A stretch of DNA of 64,000 nucleotides. Source: Heptranchias perlo. Its lineage: Eukaryota. Below are positions 47,401 through 62,636 of the stretch, one piece after another. Under the pieces are notes generated by a model. The model had not been told where the DNA came from, ran no database searches, and saw only the letters and a program-made list of their open reading frames with translations. A program made the translations under genes and the position numbers. Numbering within the stretch: position 1 is the first letter of the stretch; each line of letters begins with the position of its first letter. The stretch spans positions 12,338,001-12,402,000 of the forward strand of contig NC_090363.1 in the NCBI RefSeq assembly GCF_035084215.1, read 5' to 3'.

Positions 47401-50400
47401 ACTAGCACAAAGGAATCATTCATCACGTCAGCCATTTCCTTATTTTCATTAGCAATATTACCAGCATCTTTTTTGATTACACTTTTTCTTCTACTATAAT
47501 GATAAACACATTTGTAAATTCCCTGCTATCGTTACAGAGGCAGGAGTTGGGGTTGTTCAATGGAGATGGGGAATTTGCTCAATTCAATACGGTCAGAATT
47601 CGATTGTGTCCCTCACATCCACACTGTTCACAGTAAACATCCTGAGGCAATGAAATGTGTAACCGTGTCTGAGAAATTTCAAAGTGACGAAACACACAAA
47701 GGAAGAGTCGATGGGAGAATATACGAAACCTGAGGCCCAGTACAGAGCACAAGGAAGGTGTTAGCAGCAATTACAGTTTTGCATCTGTTGTGTATTTGCA
47801 GCAGAGGCTGTTTAACTTTAGTTCTTTAATGTAGTCGCTGGACAGCGAGTGCTGTGCCTGGGGAGGCTGGGTTACTTGGGCACAAGGGGAGTCGGAGATA
47901 GGCGGTGAGGGTACCTGCGGTCCTTGGGCAACAGTGTGAAGGGGAGATAGGCTGCGAGGTGTCCCTGGGTTGCTTGTGCCACAGAGAAGGGGAAGGCAGG
48001 TGTTGAGGGAGCCCTGGGCTGCTTGGAACAAAGCGGGAAGCGGAAACAGGCTGCAAGGGGTCCTTGGATTATATTATGTGAACAGTGACACGGATACACA
48101 CATCCGTTGAACAGTCATTAACACATGACCCGTGTCTGTGCTGACCCATTTGTGACACATTTTTAATATCAAATCAAAAATTCCTCGGTATGACAGGGAC
48201 TTTCCGTCAATCATTCCCTTTTACTCACGGTGTAAGTACATGTACAGGAGCTGACATTGAGACACACATGTGGCATTAAAGTATCAGACGGGACTGAATC
48301 ATTCCCTTAAACCCACTGTGTACTGTACATGTATAGGAGCTGAAACTGAGACACACATGGACCATACAGTACCAGACGAGAGTGAATCGTTCCCTTGTAC
48401 CCGCTGTGTGCTGTACACGTAGAGGAGCTGACATTGAAACACACAGAGGCCGTACAGTACCAGACGGGTGTGAATTATTCCCTTTCACCCGCTGTGTGCT
48501 GTACAATTCCAAAGCTGAAACTGAGACACACACGAGCCATACAGTCCCAGGCGGGAGCGAATCATTACCATTTACTGTGTATGGTATTACATAGATTTAC
48601 AAAGAATTTACAGCACAGCAACAGGCCATTCGGCCCAACTGGTCTGTGCTCGTTTTTATACTCCGCACAAGCCTCGTTCCACTTTATTTTATCTAAACCG
48701 ATCTGCATGTCCTCGATCACTTTCTCCGACATGTACTTATCATGCTTCCCCTTAACTACATTTCTACTATTCGTCTGAACTGCTCCATGTGGTAGCAAGT
48801 TGCACATTCGAACAACTTTGTGGGTTTCTCCTGAATTCTTTATTGGATTTATTGGGAAATATCTTATTTTTATGGCCCCTCGTTTTGGATTCCTCCATTA
48901 TTGGTAACATCTTCTCTACATTTCTCCTCTCAAACACCTTCATAATTTTGAAGATCTCGATTAGGTCACCGCTCAGCCTTCTGTTTTCTGGAGAAAAGAT
49001 CTCCAGCCTGTTTGGTTTTTCCAGATATTTGTACCCTCTCAATTTTGATATCATCCTTGTAAACCTTTTTTGAACCTTTTCCAGTGCCTCTATACTCTTT
49101 TGCAACATGGAGACTGGAGCTGTAGGCAGTGCTCCAAGTGTGGTCCAACCAACATTCCATACATGTTTAACATAACTTCTCTGCTTTTCAATTCTATTCA
49201 TTTAGAAATGAACCCCTGTGCTTTGTTTGCATCTTTAGGGCCTTTTATGGAGGAGGATGGTGTTCTCAACCGTGTCGAAGTCTGAGGTGAGGTCGAGCAG
49301 GATGAGGAGGGATATTTCACCACGGTCACAGTCACATAAGATGTCATTTGTGACTTTGATAAGGGCTGTTTCAGTCCTGTGGCAGAGGCAGAAACCTGAT
49401 TGGAAGGATTCAAACATGGAGTTGCGGGAAAGATGCGCACATATTTGGGAGACGTTAACAACTTCAAGGACCTTGGAGTGGAATTGCAGCTTGGTGATAG
49501 TTGTTTGCGATGACAGGTGGGCCAAGGTTGTTTGCTTGATCAGGGGTGTGAGGACGGCAGATTTAAAGGAGAGAAAATCAGTAAAATAGCCATTGATTTG
49601 CTTCAAATTCTGACATAAAGCAAACAGAGTTCACAGCGTGAGAGAAGTTTAGAAATACACGTGAGTCAGAAATACAAAATCTTGGACATGTGCAACAGGC
49701 TTGTTAACATCTGGAAGAAAAACTCAGGTTAAAACTCCGCATGAGGGGCCTCACATTAGACCTGGTGGCCACAGTTATTCCAGGAAATGGGACAGGGAAA
49801 CCTCAACAATATCAGCAAACATGGGGGCTCGAAAGAGAAGTTGGGTGGTCAGCAGTTTGGTGAGAATAGGGTTGACGCAGCGGGAAGTGGGTTTCATGGT
49901 CAAGATAAGCTTGGAGAGGGCATGAGGGGAGTTAGGAGAGAAACGAGAGAAAGATGGATGTTCAAGGCTAAGTCAGGGAGGAATGTTGGGGCAAGTTTGG
50001 CTCGGTGGGCTCAGGGAAGTGAGGGAAGTGGCAGAAGCAGCTGAACTGATGGCCTCAATCTTAGAAATAGAGTACTGTTGTTGGAGGCGAGATTAGTGGG
50101 GGCAGGACAAAGAGTTTAAAAGACGGTTTGTAGTGGAGAAGAGACGCCGGGGTTATGTTTGCATTCCAGAATGATCCTGGAATAGTGAGCAATTTTGGCA
50201 GAGGAGACCATGACCCGATAAAGCTTTATGTGCTCCAACCAGATCTGGCAATGAATTGCTAAACCAGTTGTCTCCATAAATGTTCAAATCTGGGTCCGTT
50301 CGACTTAAGGGAGTGAAGATGGAGGCTGTACCAGGGCAAGGACCAGGGTGGGAGAGAGTAATGGTTTTAATGGAGGCAAGGGCATCAAAGTTGGAGGTGC

Positions 50401-51104
50401 GTTTGTGATTGAGCAGATCGGTAGCCATGAGGTACATTGCAGATATGTTATATTGATCAAAATAACCATTCAGGGTATAACATTGGTGACAATGGTCACT
50501 CAATCGCCGACCATGTTATGCTGGTGAAATTGTGTTAATTGCACTGACACCTAATTGAACAGTGCTGCCGGGTGATGACCCATTTTATATTCCACTCCCA
50601 GCTTCGATACTGTATGTCATCAAGTCAATACGATTTACTCTATCACTCTATCACTCTCACAGCTTTTTGATATTATTTACACTTTGACTCTCATGTGCTA
50701 ACGGACGGGTTCACATTTTATTCCCCTTCTTCTCCATTTAACTTTCAGTTTTTATGACTGAAGAAACGAAGCCATCGCAGAATGAATTAAAGCATCGTGT
50801 TCCCAAGAGCAGAATAACGCGATCAAGATGATGTAATGAGGTAACAGGTTCAGAGCGGGGTATTCATAAGCCTGAGAATGCCCCTTGGAGCCTCGATATA
50901 CTCACTGCCTCATTAAGTGATCGTTTGGAAAATAAATATGTTCTAATGTGTTTGTTCCAGCGCGCGTGGCTGATACCGGGTTTAATGTAAAACCACTGTC
51001 TCCCTGTGGGACTGACTGGTGTATAAAACACCTCCTGTTTCAATGCATTGTCTTTGTGTCGAAACCAGAGCCTTGCATCCACGATTGTCTCGCTTAGGCA
51101 GGAA

Positions 51105-51174
51105 ATGGGAGGATCAGCAATTTTCTACGAATCAGTCATTTGCTATCCAATTCTTGCAATTATTGGTCTTCCCA
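51105..51174 (+). CDS. GPCR B2 exon 1 (MGGSAIFYESVICYPILAIIGLP)
   Basis: 70-nt phase-1 exon, GTAAGT donor at 51175. Confidence 0.85.
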
Positions 51175-52919
51175 GTAAGTAATAAGTTAATGACGAAAGG
51201 TCATCGACCTGAACCGTTAACTCTGCTTCTTTACCACAGATGCTGGCTCACTGAGTATTTTCGGCATTTTCTGATATTTTTCAGATTTCTAGGATCCGCA
51301 GTATTTTGCTTTTGAAGTAATAACAAGCATTTATTTTTTGAACCATTGTTTAATTACATTGTTGCTTTTAATACATGCTGTTTGCCTCTATATCTTTGTT
51401 CCTTGGTTGCCCATTTTTAAAAATTCGTTAGTGGGATGTGGGCGTCGCTGGCGATGCCAGCATTTATTGCCCATCCCTAATTGCGCTCGAGAAGGTGGTG
51501 GTGAGAAGGTGTTGGTGAGCCGCCTTCTTGAACCGCTGCAGTCCGTGGACGGTTCTCCCACAGTGCTGTTAGGAAGGGAGTTCCAGGATTTTGACCCAGC
51601 GACAATGAAGGAACGGCGATATATTTCCAAGTCGGGATGGTGTGTGACTTGGAGGGGAACGTGCAGGTGGTGTTGTTCCCATGTGTCTGCTGCTCTTGTC
51701 CTTCTAGGTGGTAGAGGTCGCGGGTTTGGGAGGTGCTTTTGAAGAAGCCTTGGCGAGTTGATGCAGTGCATCCTGTGGATGGTAAACACTGCAGCCACAG
51801 TGCGCCGGTGGTGATGGGAGTGAATGTTTAGGGTGGTGGATGGGGTGTCAATCAAGTGGGCTGCTTTATCTTGGATGGTGTCGAGCTTTTTGAGTGTTGT
51901 TGGAGCTGCACTCATCCAATCAAGTGGAGAGTATTCCATCACACTCCTGACATGTGTCTTGGAGATGGTGGAAAGGCTTTGGGGAGTCAGGAGGTGAGTC
52001 ACTCGCCGCAGAATACCCAGCCTCTGACCTGCTCTCGTAGCCACAGTATTTGTATGGCTGATAGGTGGTAGGTGGTAATCAGAAGGAGGTTTCAGCAGCA
52101 GCAGGTGGTTAGATTATTGATTCGAAATCTCTCACTTCTTATTTACTTCAAAATGACAACTTTTGTGATATTATATCAGGCTCTCTGAATGTCTGCATCA
52201 AATGCAAGTTCTTCCCTTTGTTAAACGACGCGCAATCAGCCACCTGGAATAACTGTGGCCATCAGGTCGAACGCGAGGATCCTTATGCGGAGTTTTAAAT
52301 GGAATTTCTCTTCCAGATGTTAACAGGCCTGGTGTGCATCTCCAAGATGCTGTATTTCCGACTCCTGAATTTTGTCACGCTGTGACTTGACTTTGGAGGC
52401 AAAATTAATCCAACCCGACAGTCGGGAAACTGACGGGGTCGAGTGTTACGCTGATTTTATACCCCACCAGATTTCACCCTCCATTGAAGTTAATGGGGTG
52501 TAAAACCGGCGTTTCACCCGATCCGTGGGTTAAAATTACCCCTTTTCTGTCAGAATTTGAAGCAAATCAATGGCTATTTTACTGAACTCTGTTCATTACC
52601 CTCACACGAGGACGCGGCTTCTCATCAGTAATGTGAAACTGTCACATTAAATCACGTGTGACAAAGGAAGAGCCAATTTCGTTATTGGCACATACTTTAT
52701 TCTCGAATGAGGTCAATTAAATCAGCACAGTAGTGAGTGAACTTGGTACCACCCTGTTCTGGTTGTCTCAGCAACCCACCCAGTGAGACTCGGAGGAATC
52801 CGTTTCAGTAACAAGCCTCCTGTCTCACAGCGACGAAACATTCAATTCCAAGGGAGTGTGATTTTATATCGCTAATCTATTTCTTCGTTAGTTCTCCTGG
52901 TTTTTCCAATTTCTTACAG

Positions 52920-53818
52920 CGAACCTGATGTCAGTTGTGATCCTGTCACGGGGAAAGTGCGGTCTCTCCAAAGGAATCACTCGTTACATGGCGGCCATGG
53001 CATTGGCAGATCTAATGGTTTGCATGTTTAATGTAATTTTGCAAAACATCTTTCGGTATCATATTCTAAATTCATGGTTGAGCTACACTTACGTGTGCCG
53101 TTTTACTGCTTTTATACAAGTATTTAGTAGCCAACTCTCTGTCTGGTTCACAGTATCATTCACCTTTGACCGCTTCATATCGATTTGTTGTCAGAAACTA
53201 AAATTAAAATATTGCACCGAAAGAACTGCCTCTGTAGTTTTAACGATCGTGTGTTTGCTCAGCTTTTTGATGAATATTCCTGTTTATTTCCGTTACGAGC
53301 CCTACTCTATTATTGACGATATACCGTGGGGCTGCCGTACAGTATCAGGACATTTTTATTCACCGGCATGGGTAGCTTACAAATGGATCAACACTCTCTC
53401 ATCCCCAATTCTCCCATTCCCTTTGTTATTGCTGTTAAATTCTCTCACTGCCAGGCACATCTTAGTGGCCAGTAGATCTCGCAGAGCCCTGAAGAGCCGA
53501 AACAATGGGGAGAACAGCAGTGATCCCGAGATGAAGAACCGAAGAACATCCATCATTCTGCTCTTCGCTATCTCGGGGAGTTTTTTTGTGTTGTGGACGC
53601 CGATTACTGTAATAAACATCTGTGTCGGTGTGACGGAGACACCTACTTTCAAAGGTTCAAACTCACTTTATTTGGCAATTAGAATCGCACTTCTGCTGAT
53701 GTATTTGAGCTCCTGCACGAACACGTGCATTTATGCATTGACACAGAGGAGATTCCGAGAGGAGATGAAGAATATGGTGAAATATCCGGTTACTGTCATT
53801 ACTAAATTATTTAAATAA
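52920..53818 (+). CDS. GPCR B2 exon 2, GPR139/GPR142-like class A orphan receptor (spliced 322 aa)
   Basis: ttacAG acceptor; intact ORF 52928-53818. Confidence 0.92.
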
Positions 53819-56800
53819 TTAAATTTTAATTCCTCGTATTTTCCTGGTATCAAGGTTCGTTGTTGCTACTTGAAGTGTTCGGCTGAGGCCAAATATTGCA
53901 CCCATTGGTTCTCAACCTTCCACAACACCAGTTGGCCATTTTCCTACCTCACAAGGTGATGGTAGTTACGCTGCTGTTCTAAAACTCGCAATACCGATAT
54001 CAGAAAACAAACCACACCGAATTTTCCAAACATATTGCTGAAATAATGTTTTAACATAAACTTCACAACGTTTCACAATTGTTCATTTTTTGAGGTGAAA
54101 GCACAGCGAGCAATGGTGCCCACCGGTTCTCAATGATTTGCAGAAGATTCCCTTTGGCTGCTACTATGAAGATATCAGATACACAACGTGAAGATTCCAT
54201 CTGGTCTGCACGTGTGAGGGCATCAGAAACTCATCGGGAATGCTTCTTTTGTATCCAGTCTTAAAGGATGTCAGTTTGGTTCCTGTGTGTAAGGGGTTGG
54301 AAGTTATGCTACAGCTATAGAAAGCCCTGGTTCGACCTCACCTGATATACTGTGCACAGCTCTGAGCACCGCACCTTAGGAAGGTTATATTGATCTTGGA
54401 GTGGGTGCAGCATAGGTTTGCTAGAATGATAACTGGAATCCAAGGGTTAAATTAGGTGAGATTACACAAACTATGGTTGTATTCCCTAGATTTTAGAAGA
54501 TTAAGGTGCGAGTTGATCAAAGTTTTCAAGATATTAAGGGGAACTGAAAGGGTAAATATAGAGAAACAATTTCCGCTGGTCGGGGAGTCTAGGACCAGTG
54601 GGATACCGCCTAAAAATCGAGCCAGAACCTTCAGGAGTGAAGTCAGGAAACACTTCAACTGGGGTGGTAGAAGTTTGGAACTCTGTTCGGCAATCGGCGG
54701 TTGATGCCAGCTCGATTGTTAATTTGAAATCAGAGATTGATCTATTTTTGTTATTCATAGGTATTAAAGGATTTGGGGCAAAGCCGGGTATATGAAGTTA
54801 ATTCACAGATCAGCCATGAACTCATTGAACGGCAGAACCGCCTCCAGTGGCTAAATGGCCTACTCCTGTTCCTATGATGTCATGTTCCTATGATATCAGA
54901 GACACAACAATATATGTATTTCTGCAAAAAGGGACAGAAATTTTGTTTCTTTGTGATAAGCTCCACAACTGTCTCCTGACTGGAGATTAATAGACACGGG
55001 AAGTCACATCACTGGGTGTGCGAGATTATATAACAATTGGACCATATTGTAAAATAACGGGACTTATTTATTTCATTTATTCTTTGAATGTGGGCATCCC
55101 TGGATAGGCCGGACTTTATTGTCCATCGCTAATTGTCCTGTGAACCTTTTGTTTTATTCGTTCATGGGTTGTGAGCGTCGCTAGCAAGGCCAGCATTCAT
55201 TGCCCATCTCGAATTGCCCTTGAGAAGGTGGTGGTGAGCCGCCTTCTTGAACCGCCGCAGTCCGTGTGGTGAAGGTTCTCCCACAGTGCTGGTGATGGCA
55301 GGCCTTCTGCCTTGAATCACTGTCAGTTGTTTGAAACAAATGTGTGGATTGTGTGGCCACTTTACAGCGTAGCGAACCATTACACTACCGTAGCCATGAC
55401 TTCATTATAACGCAGTGTCCAGCTGGCCCAATCCGTGAATCTGAGCCTTGCTTGTAAATGATCCGTTCCAATCATGATTTGATTTTTGGCGTTAGGAGCT
55501 CAACAATTCGCTTCAATGCTCAAGGACTGGGGATGTGTAAAAGTTGGGCGTGGTCCGCTCTCCTGGTCAAATTTAAATGACCCCTCTGCGAAAGTGTGCC
55601 TGTCTGGATTCAAGGAAGAGCTCAGCTTGAATTAACCCAAGGTTATATCTCATGTCGAGAATCACAGTGCATCCTCACAGGCAATGGAAGATCATACCCT
55701 CTGTACCATGTGTCAGAATTAGCGGAAAGCTTCCGTCGATGTTTTCCTGCGAAATCCCTTACATTTTGCAGAAATACATATCATATTGTATTGCAGATGA
55801 TATCCGTGCACACGGAGACCAAGGTATTCCAGATCAGTTCTTGATGTCCTCAGACGCACAGTTCAGTTGCAATTTCAGTGTTCTGTCGCTGATATTTTTA
55901 CTCATATGGACCAAATGCAATCTTTCTGTTCTGCAGATGATATGGTCAATCAGAGGGAGCAAATGAATCTTCCAGTTTTGTTTCAGATATCTTCACTATT
56001 GGGAACAAAGTTCATTTTCCCATTGTGTAGATGATACATTTACTCAAAGCGATGAAAGGGAATCTTCCCATTGTGTATCTGACATCTTGACTGGTAGGGA
56101 AAAAAGGAATCTTCTATCCTTTGTCAAGCACTGATGGGAATCTTTCCCAACTGCGTTTTCATCTCAAAAATGAACAATTGTGAAAAATATTAAGGATTAA
56201 GTTACGCATGTGATCATCTAACGTTCACCAGATTGAAACATCTGGATGAAAGTGTCCAATATGTCACTTGTACCTCAATGTTTTCTCCCAGTCTACATAT
56301 ATTGTAAATCTATCTTCAGAATTGATCGCAAGTGGGGCAATTCAAAAATCGAATTCATTGTCCGCATGCCTGATTGATTACTTTTTCTGTGCAGATCTGA
56401 ATCAAATTGAAATGAATTTGTGATTTTAAAATATTTTAGAAAGCCAAATCTACAGAAATACTTTTCCATGCAATTTGATTTGATATAACTGTCCTGCTTA
56501 ACGAGTCGGAGGCCATTTTATCAGGGCATGAGTAATCTTCGAAGGGGCTGATGTGCAAATGACATCATTCATGGTTCCATGATTGGACGGTAATAAATTT
56601 CGGCAAGAAACATTGGCGGATTAAAAGAGGAAAGTTGATTATATCGGCCTGCTATCAACAAAATGGTGGATATAATTGCATGATGAATGATAAAAGTAAT
56701 TATTTTGGGAAAGGAACGGAATGATGCAGCAAACAGACTGTGGGGAGGTCCTCAATTGAAAAAAAAAGACTCAGGCGAAGGGCCATGAGCAACCGCGCAA

Positions 56801-59800
56801 ATAGAGGGACATACGGGAAGTTTGACAGCAATAAGCCAATCGTTCATTCAAAATCTTAGTATATTAGCTTGTTTAGTTGTTCAAATGTTAAACCCTGTCA
56901 ATGGCTTTGAATATCAGGAAAGTAAATTCCCAAATACTCACCAGTAGGAATCTGATGGTTTATGAAGGGGCTAAAAAGGGCATCAGTAGAACTGCCTCAC
57001 CGAACTCCATACTGGTGATCAGAGATTAGAAGAGAACTTTCAGGTCGATGGATTAATTAAGTTTTAAAATTTGCCACCTAAATTTTGGAAAACACAGGGT
57101 TAAGTGCAATAGGCCCTTAGTTAGAAAGTCAGAGCAATCGACGTTCTTTGGGATCGAACTTTGACAAACAGCACTATAAGTAAAAAGGATATGAGGAATG
57201 AATGCAACCGACAGTGTGTAAACAGAACAACGCGTGCCTGAGATCAGACACATGCATCTCGAGAACCATAGGAAGAATTCTACCAGAGTTGGAGGTTTTT
57301 GGAGTCAATGAAAGGCATAATCCAACATACAGTTTATTATAATGTTGAAACATTACATAAAGTGACCGTGAGAATGCCTTGAAGACATTTTAGTGAAGTC
57401 TCACTATATGATTGGTATATTAATATACTCCAATTTGGCTTTCGCAATATTAACCCACATTCAAACATGTGTATGGGGTAGGAAATCAACATAGGAACAA
57501 GAATAAACAATTTAGTCCCTCGACCCTTTCCGCTGTTCAATGAGATCATGGCTGATCTGTATCCTAACTCCATCCACCCGCCTTGGTTCCTGATCCTTTA
57601 ATAACCTTGGCTAGCAAAACTGTTATCGATCTCAGATTTAAAATTATGAATTGAAGTAGCATCTGTTGCTTTTAGTGGGAGAGAGTTCCACATTGCTACC
57701 ACTCTATGTGTGAAGAAATGTTTCCTAATTTCTCTCCTGAATGGCCTGGTTATGATTTTAAGTTTATGTCCCCTTGTCCTAGACTCCCCAACCAGCGGAT
57801 TTTTTCCCCTCCATCAACCCTAGCAAATCCTTTCGAAATCCTAAAAACGTCAATTAAATCACCCGTTAACCTTCTATATTCGAGGGGCTCCAAACCTGGT
57901 TTGTGTATTCTCACCATATAATCTCACCCTTGGCGCCCTGGTAACATTTCTTCACTCAACGGGGTGGTGAACCTATGGAATTCTCTACCACAGAATGCTA
58001 TGGAGGCCAAGTCACTGAATATATTTAAGAAGGAGCTAGATAGATTTCCAGACACAAAAGGCATCAAGGGGTATGGGAAGAGAGCGGGAATATGGTATTG
58101 AGATAGAGGATCAGCCATAATCATATTGAATGACGCAGCAGTCTCGAAGGGCCGAATGGCATAATCCTGCTCCTATTTTCTATGTTTCTATGTTACATTC
58201 TGGTGAATTTGCACTGCACTCCTTCCAAGGCCAATATATCCTTTCTGAGGCGCAATGCCCAGAACTGTACACAGTACTCCAGATGTAGTTTAACCAGGGC
58301 TTTGTATCGCTGTTGCAATCCTTCCTCCTTTTTATATTCTGGCCCTCTAGTTATTAAGGCGAACATTCCATTAGTTTTTTTGATTATTTTTTGTACCTGA
58401 CTACTACATTTTAGTGATCTGTGTAGATGGACCATTAAATCTCTTTGGACCTCCACTGTTCCTAACTTTTCACCATTGAAAATTGCTCGGATCAATCCTT
58501 TTTTGGTCCTCGCACTTTTGGATGACCTCACACTTGCCTGAATTGAAATTTCAATAACTTCTCCACATCAAATGTTAGACTCACAGATTTATAATTTCCT
58601 GGTACTCACTCTCGTCTTTCTTAAATAATGGAGTTACATTTGCCGTATTCCAATCTAAAGACGCAATTCCAGAATCGAGAGAGCTTTGGAAGATTATGGC
58701 TAAAGCATCTGCAATTTCCTCACCTCCTTCCTTTAAAATCCTGGGATGGAAACCATCAGGTCCTAGGGATTTGTCAGTCTATACTGCCCTTATTAATCCT
58801 AATTTTGTTGTCTTGCTTACATTAACGTCAGTGAGTTTCAGTCCTTGATTCATTATTAGCTTCCCTGGAGTGTTCGGTATATTATCCTTTTCCTCTACTG
58901 TGAAGATTGACACAAAATAATTATTCAACAAGTCTGCCACTTCCTTATTTTCATTTGCAATATTACCAGCGTCTGTTTTGATTACCGTTTTTCTTCTAAT
59001 ATAATCGTAAACACCTTTTGTGTTGATCTTGGTATCCCTCGCAAGGCTCTTTTCGTATTCCGTTTTTTGCAGGCATTTTTATCTGTTTTGGCTTCCTTTG
59101 CTGTTCTTTATATCACCCCCAGTCCCCTGGATCTACACTATTCTTTGTACTCTTTTATGCCCTTTCGTTTAGTTTTATGTTGTCTCTCATCTTTTTATTC
59201 TGCCATGACTGTTTTATTTGGTACGTAGAGCTCTTGTCCCTTCTGGTTATATACTGGTCCTGTATCAAATTAAATTCTTCTTTGAACACCGCCCACTGTT
59301 CGTCTGCAGTTTGACTCGATAACAGTTTTGATAAGATTGATTTCGTCAGTCTCTGTCTCACCGCTTTAAAGTTAGCCATATCAAAATCTGGAATCTTAGA
59401 AATTGTGTTACGTTTCTCCTCAGGGAGTGAATCATTCCTTTTTAAACACTGTGTATTGTACATGTACAGGACTGACACTGAGACACTCTTTCTATTTCTC
59501 TCTCTCCATCTTTATCCCTCTATATCTCTCTACCTCACTCTCCGTCCTCTCTGTTTCTCTGTCTCTATTTCTCGCTGTCTGAATCTCTTTTGTTCATTTC
59601 TCTCCCCCACTCGCTGCCCTTTCTCTTTCCCTCTCTCCTTCTTTCACTCTTCTGCTCACTCTCTATTTGTATTTCTCTCTCTATCCCTTTTCCCCTGCCC
59701 CTATCACTGTTCCTCTCCCTTTCTTGCTGTCTCCCTTTCATTGTTGTCTCTGAAATGTTCTTCATTGAGATGTACTCTGAAATATTTCAGTCTCACTGGT

Positions 59801-62011
59801 AAATAACAACAAATCACAATTCTATAGCTTTTCTATACATTAAAGGTTCAATTAGGGGTTGCAAATCTGTCAGGAAGTTCTGGTTTCTCAACTTAAAACA
59901 TTTTAGTGTTTAAAATTTTACAGGGACCTGAGATCAAAAGCTGTTTCCCATTCAGACATTCCAGCATTTGGAAGTCCCTGTTATCTTTACAGAGACAAGG
60001 GATGGAATTGTTCAATAGAGATGGAAGATTTGATCAATTGAGTAGTGTCAGAATTAGATTGAGTCGCTCACATCTACACTGTATTCAAGCTGTTTCCAGC
60101 AAACACCCTGAGGCAATGAAATGGGTAAACCATGTCTGAGAAATTTCAAAGTGACGAAACACACAATGGAACAGGAAATGGGAGAATATACAAAACCGGA
60201 GGCCCAGAACAGAGCAGAAGGAAGGTGTTAGCATCAATTTCAGTTTTTGCATCTGTTGTATATTTGGACCAGATGCTGTTTAACTTTAGTTCTTTAATGT
60301 AGTCGCTGGACAGTGAGGGCTGTGCCTGGGGAGCCTGGGGTGCTTGGGCACAAGGAGAGTAGGAGATAGGCGGTGAGGGGACCCTGGGGTCATTGGGCAA
60401 CAGTGGGAAGGGGAGACAGGCTGCGAGGGTACCCTGCGGTGCTTGTGCAATGGAGGAGGGGAAGACAGGTGTTGAAGGAACCCTGGAGTGCTTCGGCACA
60501 GAGGGAAGGGGAAACAGGCTGCGAGGGAACCCTGGATTATATTATGCGACCAGTGACACTGAGAAACACATACGTTGAACAGTTAGTGACAAATGTCCCG
60601 TGTATGTGCTGATCCATTTGTGACACATTTTTAATGTCGAATCAAATATTCCTGCGTACGACAGAGACTGTCCGTCAATAATTCCCTTTTACTCACAGTG
60701 TACTTGTGCGTATACAGAAGCTGACACTGAGACATACGTGTGCCATACAGTACCAGACGGGAGTGAATCGGTCCCTTAATCACGCTGTGTACTGTACATG
60801 TACAGGAGCAGACACTGAGACATACACGGCCATACAGTACCAGAGGAGAGTGAATTGTTCCCTTGTGCCCGCTGTGCGCTGTACATGTAGAGCAGCTGAC
60901 ATTGAGACAAGCATGGTCTCTCAGTAATCTTAGTGATAACGAAGTCCATCAGCTCGTCGCACTTGTTGTTGGAGGTGGCTGTAGAGGGGCAGTGGTTAGA
61001 GGTTTAAGAAGACCGTTTGCAGTGGAGAAAAGAAGACGGGGTTTATGTTTTCATTCCAGGATGATCCTGCAATAGTGAGCAATTTTGACAGAGGAGAACA
61101 GGACCCGATAAAGCTGTATGTGGTCAAGCCAGATCTGGCAATGAATTGATAAACCAGTTGTCGGCCATAAATTTTAAAGTCTGGGGCCCTTGGACTTAAG
61201 CAAGCGGAGGTGGGAGCTGTGCCAAGGGCAAGGACCAGTGTGAGAGGGAGTAATGGTTTTAATGGAGCAAGGGCAACAAAGTTGGAGGTGCGGGTGTGAT
61301 TGAGCAGATCAGTAGCCATTAGGTACAGTGCAGATATTTTATATTGATCAGAATAACTCTTCAGGATAGGACAGTGACCAACAGTCACTCAATCGCCGAC
61401 CATGTTCTGCTGGTGAAATTGTGTCAATCGCACTGGCACCTGATTGAACGGTGCTGCCGGGTGATGACCCATTTTATATTCCACTTCCAGCTTCGAAATT
61501 GTATGTCATGAAATCAATGCGATTTACTCCATCACTCTTTCACTCCCACAGCTTTTTGATATCATTTACACTTTGACTGTTATGTGCCAACGGACGGGTT
61601 CACATTTTATTCCCCTTCTTCTCAATTTCATTTTTAGATTTTACAACTGGAACAACGGAGCCTTCTCAGAATTAATTAAAGCATCGTGTTACTAACAGCA
61701 GAATCACAAAAGAAGCTGCTTTGAGGTAACAGTTTCAGAGCGGGGGATGACTGAGCCTGAGAGTGCCCAGTTGAACCTCGATTTTCTAACTGCCTCATTA
61801 AGTGATCGTGGAGCGCACTTTACTCATTGATTTGGAAAATAAATATGTTCTAATGTGTTTGTTCGAAGACCCGTGGCTAATACCATCTCTTATGTAAAAC
61901 CACGGTGTCCCTGTGGGACTGACTGGTGTATAAAACAGCTCCTGTTTCAATACGTTGTCTTAGTGTTCAAACCAGACTCTTGCTTCCACGGTGGTCTGAA
62001 TTAGGCAGGAA

Positions 62012-62081
62012 ATGGGACGAGCAGCAATTTTCTACGAATCAGTCATCTGCTATCCAATTCTTGCAATTATTGGTCTTCCCA
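62012..62081 (+). CDS. GPCR C2 exon 1 (MGRAAIFYESVICYPILAIIGLP)
   Basis: 70-nt phase-1 exon, GTAAGT donor at 62082. Confidence 0.85.
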
Positions 62082-62636
62082 GTAAGTAATAAATTAATGA
62101 TGAAAGGTCATCGACCTGAAACGTTAACTTTGCTTGTTTGCCACAGATGCTGCCTCACTGAGTATTTCCAGCATTTTCTGTTTTTATTTCAGAGTTCCAG
62201 CATCCGCAGTATTCTGCTCTTGCATGAATAACAAGCATGTATTAAGTGAAACATAAATGCATTGTTGCTTTCACGTTTTGCTGTTTGCCTCCATCTCTTT
62301 GTTCCTTGGTTGCCCATTTTATGATAAGCTGATTGAATAGAAATCTCTCACTTATCCTTATTTTCTTCAAAACGATAACTATTGTGATATTATAGAGTGC
62401 TCTCGAAACGTATACATCAAATGCAAGTTCTCCCCTTTGATAAGCGCCTTGCAATTAGCTACCTGGAATACCTGTGGCCATCAGGTTTATCGTGAGGATC
62501 ATTATGCGGAGTTTTAACCAGATTTCTCTGGCCTCCTTTCTCATAAATGATAAACAGCCAATGCTAAAGGAGTGTGATTTTATATCGCTGATCTATTTCT
62601 TTGTGATTCTCCTGCTTTCTTTCCAATTTCTTTCAG

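Noticed and set aside
62474-62636. N-terminal extension giving a 352-aa single-exon GPCR
   Set aside because: Starts at a non-ATG codon and reads through the intron and polypyrimidine tract; the conserved exon 1 with a canonical donor supplies the true TM1 start.
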